A stretch of 37,216 bases of DNA from Candidatus Iainarchaeum sp. (GTDB taxonomy: Archaea; Iainarchaeota; Iainarchaeia; Iainarchaeales; JAFGBZ01). The position numbers were made by a program, and so were the translations under genes. Positions 25,835 to 34,997 of the stretch are shown one piece after another. Below the pieces are notes generated by a model. It searched no databases. It was not told the origin of the DNA and was given only the letters and a program-made list of their open reading frames with translations. The stretch is taken from assembly GCA_043817715.1 (NCBI GenBank), contig JBDRGO010000030.1, positions 1 to 37,216 on the forward strand, written 5' to 3'. Numbering within the stretch: the stretch's first letter is position 1; every line of letters begins with the position of its first letter.

Positions 25835-26391
25835 CATTCACTTTCAAGAAATTTCTTCAGCTGATTGACTCTTTCAATTATTTTTTTTTCTCCTGCCTGC
25901 TCGTCATGGATTTTTGTTCCGCCAATATAGCTCTGCAATTCTTCTTTGTCTGCATCAGTCAGTTCAGCGGCGCTTGTTAAGCTCAAACCCAAAGCATAAG
26001 CGGTTGAAGCCTGCTTTAATTTTGCCTTTTCAATCAGGTTAACAACATAATTCCCTATTCTTGAATCCAGTTCAATTGTCTGAGTCATTATCTTCTGAAT
26101 TATTAATTTGACTTTTTTCATATTGCCGAAACGGATTGCTTCAATCAATGCATCCAGATTAATCAGGATTCTTTCCTGTATTTTCGGCCATTTATCTGAA
26201 TCAGTTATGTGCCTTTTGCTTAAAAGCTTCTTTAAGGCATAAGAAATCAATGAAAGCTGTGCAGCCATTTTATCAGATGCAAAAACCGCTTCCTCAATTA
26301 ATTCATGCGTAATTTTGCCTAAACGGACTGCGTCCTTTTTTCTAAAGGCATCCCTAATCAAGGAAACTTTTCTTGCAAGATCAGACAACAT
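25834..26391 (-). CDS. Helical protein with C-terminal UPF0175-like HTH
   Basis: AY.LGLSL..AAELT motif near the C-terminus; ATG at 26391. Confidence 0.7.
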   Translation of the reverse strand: MLSDLARKVSLIRDAFRKKDAVRLGKITHELIEEAVFASDKMAAQLSLISYALKKLLSKRHITDSDKWPKIQERILINLDALIEAIRFGNMKKVKLIIQKIMTQTIELDSRIGNYVVNLIEKAKLKQASTAYALGLSLTSAAELTDADKEELQSYIGGTKIHDEQAGEKKIIERVNQLKKFLESE

Positions 26392-26424
26392 CAAAAAAAT
26401 AAAAGAAGATACTTCTTTAAATAC

Positions 26425-26574
26425 TTATTTCTTTTTATGCGAAAAAAAGTCTTCCCTGCATTTGTCGCTGCAGAATCTTGCAGTATACAAATCACGCGAA
26501 TTATAATCCACTAATACTTCCCCGCAATTCAGGCACTTTTTAGCAGGCCTTTCCCATTCCTTTAAATTAGACAA
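26425..26574 (-). CDS. Small zinc-ribbon protein (CxxC...FCSxxC)
   Basis: CLNCG...RFCSDKC; probable TTG start at 26574 after GGGTG. Confidence 0.7.
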   Translation of the reverse strand: MSNLKEWERPAKKCLNCGEVLVDYNSRDLYTARFCSDKCREDFFSHKKK

Positions 26575-26608
26575 ACAAATACACCCAATAAAGTAATGAA
26601 TGAAAGGA

Positions 26609-27313
26609 TTAATTAATTTTTCTCTTGACTGCATTGTTCGCGCTTTCTAAAACGCTTAAAATTGCTTTTGCCTCTGCCTCAGATGCAGGGCTCCTGCTTA
26701 TAAGCGCCTTGAATGCATTTAATGTCTTTTGCTTCTGCCTTATTTTTTTTCCTGCATAAATCAATTCATTGAATTCATGAATTAAAAGCTTTTTCAGGTT
26801 TTCATTAATTTGTTTCACTCTTTTTCTTTTGGTTTTTGCTGAATTCAATGCATACAAAACCACGGCAACTGAATGGCTTAAATTCATTGCCCTGTATTCC
26901 CTGCTTGTCGGAATTGTCACAAAAAAATCGCATTCATCCAGCTGCTCATTGGTTAAGCCGTTTTTTTCATTTCCAAAAACCAGTGAAATTTTTGAATCTG
27001 AATCTGCATACTGCTCTGCAAATTCCTGCAATGACTGTGTTGTGCGCTTTAATCCTTTTCTTTTGCTTAATCTTGCAGTAAATGCAACAGCAATATCTGT
27101 TCCTTTCACTGCCAAAGAAATTGATTTATGTTTTTCTGCGTTCAGAAGAATTTCTTTTGCATTCATTGCCCTACTTTTTGCTTCTCCATTCAAATGCTCT
27201 GCTTTAGGATTAACCAATGCAAGTTCATTTGCCCCAAAATTCTTCATTGCCCTTGCAGTAAAGCCGATGTTTCCACTGTATTCAGGCTCAGACAAAACAA
27301 TGCGTAAATTCAT
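26609..27313 (-). CDS. trmJ: TrmJ/LasT-family SPOUT RNA methyltransferase
   Basis: IVL.EP...GNIG..ARAMKNFG, LVFG.E..GLTNE.L..CD, IPT...Y..MNLSHSV. Confidence 0.9.
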   Translation of the reverse strand: MNLRIVLSEPEYSGNIGFTARAMKNFGANELALVNPKAEHLNGEAKSRAMNAKEILLNAEKHKSISLAVKGTDIAVAFTARLSKRKGLKRTTQSLQEFAEQYADSDSKISLVFGNEKNGLTNEQLDECDFFVTIPTSREYRAMNLSHSVAVVLYALNSAKTKRKRVKQINENLKKLLIHEFNELIYAGKKIRQKQKTLNAFKALISRSPASEAEAKAILSVLESANNAVKRKIN

Positions 27314-27434
27314 TTTCATCACCAAATGCATTCAAAGGGAACACAAACCCCCCCTTTCCCCTTAAATTGCGCTTAAAAGCACAGTTAAATTGCATTAAGT
27401 AAGATTTTTATTTAATAAGCTCTTAATTTATGCA

Positions 27435-28718
27435 ATGAATAAGGAAACAATTATTATATTGCTGATTTCAGCATTATTGGTTCTGCCTAATGTTACGGCA
27501 ATCACTGCATTGGATGCAGTAAAATATGTAAATGAAGAAAATGATTTTCTTTTAAGCGGAGAAACAGTTGAACAGCCTGTTTCGCCGATTACCGTGGAAA
27601 AAGAAGACTTTTGGGCAGTTCCGGTCATTTACAATGAAACAATTTCAACTTATTTTGTGCTGGAAACAGATGCAAAAAAAATTTCTGAAAGCGAAATAAA
27701 GAACAGGCAGGCAGTTTCAATAAGCCATTTTTTAAGGGAATTGATTGGCTTAAGGCAGAGGTTTTCTGAATCGCTTTCAAATGAATGGATTGTTTCAAGC
27801 AATGTTTCAAGATTTTTTTCCTCAGTTACGCAGGTAATTGACAACGAATTTTTTGAAATGAATTTAATTGACACGGAAATGGACAGTACGGAAATAACTG
27901 CAAAAATTTCTTTAGTAAAGCAAAAGCTTTCGCTTCTTTCATCCAAAAGCACCCTTATTTCCAATGCAATCACTGAAACAATCCAGATGGAAAACGATTT
28001 TATTATTCAGCCAAGCGACGAAAAAATGAATGCATTGCTTGAATCCCTGAAGGAAATTTTCGCTGAAATTGATGAACTGAATTCAATCATTCCCCAGTAC
28101 TCAGCAAAAGTAAATGAATTAAAGCAGGTAATTTCATTAAGCGGGCATGAAAACGCGGCTGCAATGATAAAGTATGCAAATTCCCCTGACGAATTCACTT
28201 CACTGAATAAATACATCAATGATGCGGATACAATGAAGCAAAACATTGATTCAATCCAATTAAGCATTTCAGGCAAAGTTGATACATTTCTGGAAATAAT
28301 GGATTCAAGAATCCAAAGAAATGAACTGCTGAAATTAATTAACAATGAAGACAGTGAAATAGAAAAAAAATTGGGGGAAAAATCCTCAATTACCAAATTA
28401 ATTAACACGATTCTGGATGAAAAAAACAAAGGCAAATGGAAAAAATTCACTGAAGCCGAACAGGCCGAAGCAAACTGGATAAAGGCAAACAGATATCTGG
28501 AAGAGGAAAAATTCACGCTGGCAAAAGAATATTACTTAAAGGCAAGGGACAAAGCAATTGAAGCATTTCAGGGAGGCCAGAATGCGCCCCCTAAAGAAAC
28601 CCAATTAACAGAGGAACTGGTAATTCAAATGGTTATTGTTTTAATTGTTTTACTTGCAGTAATTTATGTATTCAATAACAGGCAGAAATTTTTTCCAAAA
28701 GAAGAAGAGGAAGAATAA
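27435..28718 (+). CDS. Secreted coiled-coil protein with C-terminal membrane anchor
   Basis: Signal peptide, long helical body, C-terminal TM and acidic tail. Confidence 0.8.
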   Translation: MNKETIIILLISALLVLPNVTAITALDAVKYVNEENDFLLSGETVEQPVSPITVEKEDFWAVPVIYNETISTYFVLETDAKKISESEIKNRQAVSISHFLRELIGLRQRFSESLSNEWIVSSNVSRFFSSVTQVIDNEFFEMNLIDTEMDSTEITAKISLVKQKLSLLSSKSTLISNAITETIQMENDFIIQPSDEKMNALLESLKEIFAEIDELNSIIPQYSAKVNELKQVISLSGHENAAAMIKYANSPDEFTSLNKYINDADTMKQNIDSIQLSISGKVDTFLEIMDSRIQRNELLKLINNEDSEIEKKLGEKSSITKLINTILDEKNKGKWKKFTEAEQAEANWIKANRYLEEEKFTLAKEYYLKARDKAIEAFQGGQNAPPKETQLTEELVIQMVIVLIVLLAVIYVFNNRQKFFPKEEEEE

Positions 28719-29608
28719 TGAATTTTAAGGCAATTGCATTTATTTTAATTCTGCTTTATTCTTCTGTCTCATTTGCTTCGCCTTTGGTTGCTGTTTCAAT
28801 CAGCCCAGGCAATGGAACCCAAATAGATGAAATTTATGCATTTGAAAACTCTGAATATATCATAACCGTGCTGAACAATGAACCGCTGGAAATAAACAAT
28901 TTCAGGGTAAAAATCTCAACTGAAAAAGGGATTGAAATAATTGATGAAGAAGGAAAAACAAGAACTGAACAGGAATTTCCACCCTTAATAATGCCTCCTG
29001 GCGCAATTGATTCAAAAACAATCACTTTCACGGCAAAAGAAAACAAGGACGCAGAATACAGGATTTTTATTGATTACGGAATAAGCGAATTCACCCATCA
29101 AACAGTCACTTCAATCAAAACAAGAAAAAACATGATTGAATTTGACGCGCAGTTAGAGGAAATGAAAACAAAGGCAGAGGAAAAAAACAGGCTGCTGATT
29201 GAATTCAGGAACAATTCAAATAAAAAAATAAGAAACCTGAAAATTGAACTGGAAGAAAACGAATTCATTGAAATAAAAACCAAACCAATTGAATTTCAGG
29301 AATTCTCGCCCAATGAAAGCATCAGCAATAAGGCAATTGAATTCATTAATGTGAAAGAAATCAATAAACCTGTCGCATTAAAATTAAGGATTTCTTATTC
29401 CGATGAATTGGGAAAGCATGAATTAATCAAATCAGTTGAACTGAAGGCAAAAAATGAAAATATTTTCCTTCTTGCAAGCGCAGGAATTGTCATCCTGATT
29501 ATTCTTGGATACATGTTTTTAAACAAGCCAAAAGAACTTCCCCTGCAGGAACCGCCCCAGAGGCAAAGCAGTTTAGAGGAAGAAAAAAACAGGCTGCTGA
29601 ATGAATGA
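28718..29608 (+). CDS. Secreted Ig-like/S-layer-associated (COG1361-like) protein with C-terminal TM
   Basis: Signal peptide, two beta-rich repeats (..N....I.N...., ISY.D..G..H), TM anchor; translationally coupled to the upstream gene. Confidence 0.75.
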   Translation: MNFKAIAFILILLYSSVSFASPLVAVSISPGNGTQIDEIYAFENSEYIITVLNNEPLEINNFRVKISTEKGIEIIDEEGKTRTEQEFPPLIMPPGAIDSKTITFTAKENKDAEYRIFIDYGISEFTHQTVTSIKTRKNMIEFDAQLEEMKTKAEEKNRLLIEFRNNSNKKIRNLKIELEENEFIEIKTKPIEFQEFSPNESISNKAIEFINVKEINKPVALKLRISYSDELGKHELIKSVELKAKNENIFLLASAGIVILIILGYMFLNKPKELPLQEPPQRQSSLEEEKNRLLNE

Positions 29609-29609
29609 A

Positions 29610-30677
29610 TTAAACATAAATTTCAATCAGGTCCTTGTCCATTAATTTATAGTCCTTTGAAACCCTTTGCCCGGGAAATTTGGTTGAACCCCATACCCTG
29701 CAGTATTTCAGATTTTTGGCAAAATCCTTGTGCAGTGTTTTTGCGGCATCCTCTGCTGTTCCATTCTCCCTTAACACCAAAGGCTTTGAATAATCCACTT
29801 CCCCTCCAGGCTTTTTAGTGTAAACAGTTATCACTTTTAATAAATCAAATAATTTTTTTGCCAGCTCTTCTTTGTCATGCTCAATCAATCCGTTCAAAAA
29901 CAATGCCTTCTTGTATACAACTGACTTATCCATTAATTCAATTACTTTTTCTGCTGAATCAATTTCTTCTTCCAATAAAACACTTGCCTTATGCACTCCA
30001 AGAGTTTTAAGCAGTTCAATGAATTCAGTTAAAGGAATTTTAAGGAATTTTTTTCCTGAAACAGAAATTCCTTTCCCGCCCAGCTTCAGCTTGATTTTTG
30101 GCCTTGATTTATTCAAATAAATTTTTGCATTATTCAATTCATTCAGAATGATTTTTTTTTCCTCTTCAGTGGATGCCAGCACAGCCACTGCATCCGCAGT
30201 TCTTGCAACAGACAAAACCTGCAAACCGTTTGCTTTTCCTTTACTGCTTCCTTCAATTAATGCAGGCAATTCCACTAACTGGATTTTTGCCCCCTGAAAA
30301 TCAAGCATTCCTATTTCAGGATTTTTTGTAGTAAATTCATAAGAAGCTTCTTTTGCCTCAATACCGGTTAATTTATTCAGCAAATGGCTTTTGCCTGAAT
30401 TAGGCAATCCAATTAAAACAATCTGGCCGGCACCTTCTTTTTTTACATGAAGACTGTCCCCTGAACCCCTTTTCGCAGAAATTGTTTTCTGCTTTTCAAT
30501 CTGGCCCTTTATTTTCGCGATTTTACGGGACAATTCCCTGCGGACATTCTCGGTTCCCTTATGCTTTGGAACAGTGCGAGCCATTTCATACAAAGCAGAA
30601 AGCTTTTCCTCATTGGTTTTAGCCTCCTGGAACTTGCGTTCAGCAGCAAAATACTCAACACCGGCATTAACAGGCAT
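29610..30677 (-). CDS. DRG/OBG-family GTPase with TGS domain
   Basis: PKHKGTE, GLPNSGKS (G1), YEFTT (G2), TGS LHKDF...RVWGS.KFPGQRV. Start MPVNAG at 30677. Confidence 0.92.
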   Translation of the reverse strand: MPVNAGVEYFAAERKFQEAKTNEEKLSALYEMARTVPKHKGTENVRRELSRKIAKIKGQIEKQKTISAKRGSGDSLHVKKEGAGQIVLIGLPNSGKSHLLNKLTGIEAKEASYEFTTKNPEIGMLDFQGAKIQLVELPALIEGSSKGKANGLQVLSVARTADAVAVLASTEEEKKIILNELNNAKIYLNKSRPKIKLKLGGKGISVSGKKFLKIPLTEFIELLKTLGVHKASVLLEEEIDSAEKVIELMDKSVVYKKALFLNGLIEHDKEELAKKLFDLLKVITVYTKKPGGEVDYSKPLVLRENGTAEDAAKTLHKDFAKNLKYCRVWGSTKFPGQRVSKDYKLMDKDLIEIYV

Positions 30678-30863
30678 ACAATCACTTAAAAGCAAAAAGA
30701 ATAAGAAAAAAGCAGTTAAATTAATTTTCGGTTCCACTCCGGGCGGCTGGAAACCAATTAGTTCAGTTAACAAAAAGCAAATTATTGATGATGTTTATTC
30801 TCAAAGGCTTTTCTTTCTTTGAAATGCATAACTGCTTTAAAACTATTGTTCTTTTTTTAATTC

Positions 30864-31769
30864 ATGAAAATCGGTTTTATTGGTTTAGGAAAAATGGGAA
30901 AAAATCTCGTGCTTAATTTAGTTGATCACAAATATAGCATAGTTGCATACAATAGAACATACGAAAAAGCACTTGCAATGAAAAAATATGGAGTAACCCC
31001 TGCAAAAACATTGCAGGAATTATGTGAAAAAAGCAGCGAGAAAGGAAAAAGAATTATTTGGATAATGATTACTGCAGGAAACGCAACAACAAAAATTATT
31101 GAAGAACTGGAAGCATTTCTTACAAAAGGAGACATTGTAATTGATGGGGGAAACTCAAATTACAACGATTCAATAAAACATGCAAAACTGCTTGCAAAAA
31201 AAGAAATTGAATTCCTTGACATTGGAACATCCGGCGGAATCAGCGGCGCAAGAAACGGAGCATGTTTAATGATTGGCGGAAAACAAAAAACATTCAAAAA
31301 ACTTGAACAAGTATTTAAAGATATTAGTGTAAAAAACGGTTATGCTTATTGTGGAAAAAATGGTTCAGGCCATTTCGTAAAAATGATTCATAATGGAATA
31401 GAATATGGAATGATGCAATCCATTGCAGAAGGATTTGAATTAATTCACGCGTATGATAATAAAATGAATAAAAAAGAAATCTCACGTGTATGGAACAATG
31501 GTTCAGTAATAAGAGGCTGGTTAATGGAACTTGCTGAAAACGCATTCAGAAAAGACTCAGAACTCAAAAAATTTTCTTCTATTGTTGGACATTCCGGAGA
31601 AGGAAAATGGACAATAGAAACTGCTTTAGAGTTAGGAGTTCCAACACCAGTAATTGCAAATTCATTATTCAGTCGTTTCAGAAGCTTTGAAAAAAACCCT
31701 TTCAGTGGAAAAGTACTTTCTGCACTGCGTTATGGATTTGGAGAGCATGAAAGCCCAAAAATAAAGTAA
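30864..31769 (+). CDS. gnd: 6-phosphogluconate dehydrogenase, decarboxylating (short YqeC-type)
   Basis: GLGKMG, IDGGNS, D.GTSGG..GA, GSGHFVKMIHNGIEYGMMQ, SGEGKWT, LRYGFG.H. Confidence 0.95.
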   Translation: MKIGFIGLGKMGKNLVLNLVDHKYSIVAYNRTYEKALAMKKYGVTPAKTLQELCEKSSEKGKRIIWIMITAGNATTKIIEELEAFLTKGDIVIDGGNSNYNDSIKHAKLLAKKEIEFLDIGTSGGISGARNGACLMIGGKQKTFKKLEQVFKDISVKNGYAYCGKNGSGHFVKMIHNGIEYGMMQSIAEGFELIHAYDNKMNKKEISRVWNNGSVIRGWLMELAENAFRKDSELKKFSSIVGHSGEGKWTIETALELGVPTPVIANSLFSRFRSFEKNPFSGKVLSALRYGFGEHESPKIK

Positions 31770-31788
31770 AAAAAAAGGTGCTTTTTAA

Positions 31789-33861
31789 TTGGCGACTAAA
31801 ATAATTTATGATTCAAACCAAAATACATTAGCAAGAAATGCTGAAAAACTCTTTTTCAATCATATAAAGGAATTATTAAAAAAACAAGAAAAAATTACAA
31901 TAGGCATTCCAGGCGGGCGAAGTGTAAAAGAAATGTTTGGATTGATTGCTAAAAATAAATTCAATCACTGGAATAAAGTGCATTTTTTCATGATTGACGA
32001 ACGAATGGTACCAACTCACTTTATAGATAGTAACTTCAAGCAAGCAAAAGAAATACTTTTTAATGAATTAATAAAAAAAAAACTACCAAAAGAAAACATT
32101 CACCCTTTTGAAATCCAAGCCCACTTAAAGGATGAAGGCCTTGAAGAATACAACAAGGATTTCAACTCGCAGGGAAACAAATTTGATATTATTATTTTAG
32201 GAGCTGGAGAAGATGGACATGTGGCTGCATTATTTCCAAACCATCACTCAATCAAAAACAATTCAGACAAATATTTTTGTTTTGAAGACTCACCAAAGCA
32301 CCCTTCAAGAAGAATGAGTGCAAGCAAAAAAATGATTGAAACTGCAAACACAGCAATAATTTTTTTTCTAGGAGAACGCAAGCAAAAAGCATTTGAAAAC
32401 TTTTTAAGCAAAGAAAAAACAATTGAAGAATGCCCTTCAAAAATAATTGAAGTAATTCCAAATATTTATCTTCTAACCAATATTGATGAAAAAAAACAAG
32501 CAAAAAAAGTTTCGTTTATTTTGTTAGGAGGAACAGGAGATTTAACTAAAAAAAAACTTGTTCCTGCAATAAACAAGCTAATCAAAGACAAAAAAATCAG
32601 CCCCGAATCTCTAATAACCGGAGTTTCAAGACAAAAACTTTCCAATCAGGAGTACAAGCAAATGATTCTTGAACACACTAAAGAAACAACTGAAAAACAA
32701 ATCCAAAAAATGAACATCCGTTATTTTCAAGCAGATTTTTCAAAAAAAAACTTTTTAAAGGGACTGAAAAAAAAGCTTGAAGAAAACGAAGGAAAAACAG
32801 GCATAGAAAGAATTTTTTATTTTGCAACCGATTACATTTTTTTTGACAAAATTGCTAAAGAACTGAAAAAAACAGGTTTAAACAAAAGAAAAAAACATAT
32901 GGCAAAATTTGTTTTTGAAAAACCGTTCGGGCACAATCAAGAATCTTCAAGAAAAATTAATAAATATATAAGAAAAGTCTTTGAAGAAAAACAGATTTAT
33001 CGAATAGACCATTATCTTGGAAAAGAAACTGTTCAAAACATTTTAACGCTTCGCTCTGCAAACATATTAATAGAAAAAATTTGGAACCATGAATTCATTG
33101 AAAAAATAAAAATTAATGTGGAAGAAACAGAAGGCGTGCAAAACAGAATTTCTTACTATGACACTGCAGGAGCATTAAAAGACATGGTTCAAAACCATTT
33201 GCTCCAGCTTGCATCCCTGATATTAATGGATTTACCAAAAAAAATCACTTCAAAAAGCGTACATGCAAATAAAGTAAAATCACTTAAAAAAATTTTTGTT
33301 CCAATTGAAAAAGTGAAACTTGGACAATACCAAGGATACAAAGAAGAAACAGAAAAATATGGAATCAAAAACACGCAAACAGAAACATTTGCAAAACTTA
33401 CAATATTCTGCAACAACAATAAATGGAAAGGAGTTCCAATCATTCTTCGCACAGGAAAAAATCTGAAAAGAAGAAAAGCAGCAATAGAAATTCTTTTTAA
33501 AAGAAAAAACACAGGGTACCCTTATCCTGAAGAAATTCATTTCAACAGATTATGCATAAACATTCAGCCAACACAAGACATTAACTTAAGTGTCAATGTG
33601 AAACGCCCAAGAGAAGAATTCAAACTGGACAAAATAAAGCTAGGGTTTTCACATGAAGGTTTTTTTGGGGCAAACACGCCTGAAGCATATGAAACACTCC
33701 TGTTTGACTGCATAAATGGAAAAAAAACTCTTTTTACTGACTATAATGAGTTAAACGAAAGCTGGAAAATAATAGACAAAATTGAAAAACAAAGACACAA
33801 ATTGCCATTAATTATTTATGAAAAAGAAAGCAGAGGAGCTGCACTAGACATTGATTTTTAA
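31789..33861 (+). CDS. zwf: Bifunctional 6-phosphogluconolactonase (N-terminal) / glucose-6-phosphate 1-dehydrogenase (C-terminal)
   Basis: Pgl motifs DERMVP....SN, GAGEDGHVAALFP, DSPK.P..R; Zwf motifs GGTGDL, EKPFG, YRIDHYLGKE, DMVQNHLLQ, W.GVP..LRTGK, PEAYE.LL.D. TTG start after AAGGTG. Confidence 0.92.
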   Translation: MATKIIYDSNQNTLARNAEKLFFNHIKELLKKQEKITIGIPGGRSVKEMFGLIAKNKFNHWNKVHFFMIDERMVPTHFIDSNFKQAKEILFNELIKKKLPKENIHPFEIQAHLKDEGLEEYNKDFNSQGNKFDIIILGAGEDGHVAALFPNHHSIKNNSDKYFCFEDSPKHPSRRMSASKKMIETANTAIIFFLGERKQKAFENFLSKEKTIEECPSKIIEVIPNIYLLTNIDEKKQAKKVSFILLGGTGDLTKKKLVPAINKLIKDKKISPESLITGVSRQKLSNQEYKQMILEHTKETTEKQIQKMNIRYFQADFSKKNFLKGLKKKLEENEGKTGIERIFYFATDYIFFDKIAKELKKTGLNKRKKHMAKFVFEKPFGHNQESSRKINKYIRKVFEEKQIYRIDHYLGKETVQNILTLRSANILIEKIWNHEFIEKIKINVEETEGVQNRISYYDTAGALKDMVQNHLLQLASLILMDLPKKITSKSVHANKVKSLKKIFVPIEKVKLGQYQGYKEETEKYGIKNTQTETFAKLTIFCNNNKWKGVPIILRTGKNLKRRKAAIEILFKRKNTGYPYPEEIHFNRLCINIQPTQDINLSVNVKRPREEFKLDKIKLGFSHEGFFGANTPEAYETLLFDCINGKKTLFTDYNELNESWKIIDKIEKQRHKLPLIIYEKESRGAALDIDF

Positions 33862-33967
33862 AAAAACAATTAGTCGCACTTTGGAAGGCAAGAAGTAAAT
33901 TTCAAATAGTATCTAGGCCGATTAATAAGAAACAGTTAAATAATCAACAACATCCTATTATTAAAAC

Positions 33968-34288
33968 ATGAAAGAACAATTATTGAAAATTTTATTTATA
34001 GTTCTGGTTCTTTATCAGATAATCCGGAGAATGTTTTACCGAATTTTAACCGACTTTAATCTTGTAACCTGATTCAATTGGATAGTGTTATTCTTAATAT
34101 TTTTTAACATGGATTTATTCAAGTCATAATACGGGCAGGATATCTTTTAGGAATTACATTAATTGAACTAGGAATATATTCATTGTTTCTAGACCGGCCA
34201 GATAACTTGAATATATTTAGGAACAACAACATTAGGAATAATTGTAATTCCCGTACTATTTTTTTTAGACAAGCAACTAAAAAAATGA
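33968..34288 (+). pseudogene. Decayed ~4-TM membrane protein gene
   Basis: MKEQLLKILFIVLVLYQII..., an in-frame TGA, then hydrophobic segments AGYLLGITLIELGIYSLF and YLGTTTLGIIVIPVLFFLDKQLKK* in shifted frames. Confidence 0.4.
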
Positions 34289-34346
34289 TTTCATAAACTT
34301 AAATGAATCTTTACAAAATCATCAAAAATTTTTAGCAAAACAAACC

Positions 34347-34958
34347 TTAATTCCTTTCAGCTTTTAAAACAATTAATTCCTCAAAAAACAGCTTTTTCTT
34401 TGCAATAACTTTTGCATTAAAGCCTTTCTCCGCAAGCAATTTAATTGATTCATTTAAACCATTCAAATCAGTTTGAAGAAAACAAATCCTTCCTTTTTCA
34501 TTCAAATGCTCTGTAAAAGAATTCAAAAATTTATCTAATATTTCTCTTCCTTTAATTCCCCCATCCAGTTCCCTGTATTTGATTTCATCGGAAACCACAT
34601 AAGGCGGATTGAAAATTATTACATCAAATTTTTTATTCTTTAAATTAGAAAATAAATCTGATTCAATTAATTCAAGATTTTGTTTTTTTGGGAATTCAAT
34701 TAATTCAAGATTTTGTTTTGTGTTTTTTAATGCTTCAGGATTCACATCACTAAAAACAACAAATCCCGCACCATTCATTAAAGCATTAATTCCCTGAATT
34801 CCTGTTCCGCAGCCTAAATCCAATACAACATCACTTTTTTTGAATTCAATTGCTTCAGCTAACAAAAATGAGTCTTCTGCAGGTTCATAAACAGAAGAAA
34901 AAAGAAAAAAATCATTGCCTAAAAAAAAGCATTTCTTTTCTTCAGGCAATTCATTCAC
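34347..34958 (-). CDS. HemK2/PrmC-like SAM-dependent methyltransferase
   Basis: VYEPAEDSFLL, LDLGCGTG, SDLF, FNPPY, DGG..GR. Confidence 0.92.
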   Translation of the reverse strand: MNELPEEKKCFFLGNDFFLFSSVYEPAEDSFLLAEAIEFKKSDVVLDLGCGTGIQGINALMNGAGFVVFSDVNPEALKNTKQNLELIEFPKKQNLELIESDLFSNLKNKKFDVIIFNPPYVVSDEIKYRELDGGIKGREILDKFLNSFTEHLNEKGRICFLQTDLNGLNESIKLLAEKGFNAKVIAKKKLFFEELIVLKAERN

Positions 34959-34997
34959 TTTAAACTGTTTTTCCGGATTGACGACATTAATATTTGG

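Noticed and set aside
26829-28516. Long antisense ORFs (e.g. 26829..27365, 28007..28516, also 6531..7031)
   Set aside because: They lie opposite better-supported genes, are F/S/I-rich mirror translations, and have no recognisable motifs.
30783-30802. Fluoride riboswitch or C/D-box sRNA (TGATGATG)
   Set aside because: No upstream GGCGATGG-type half and no properly placed CTGA D box.
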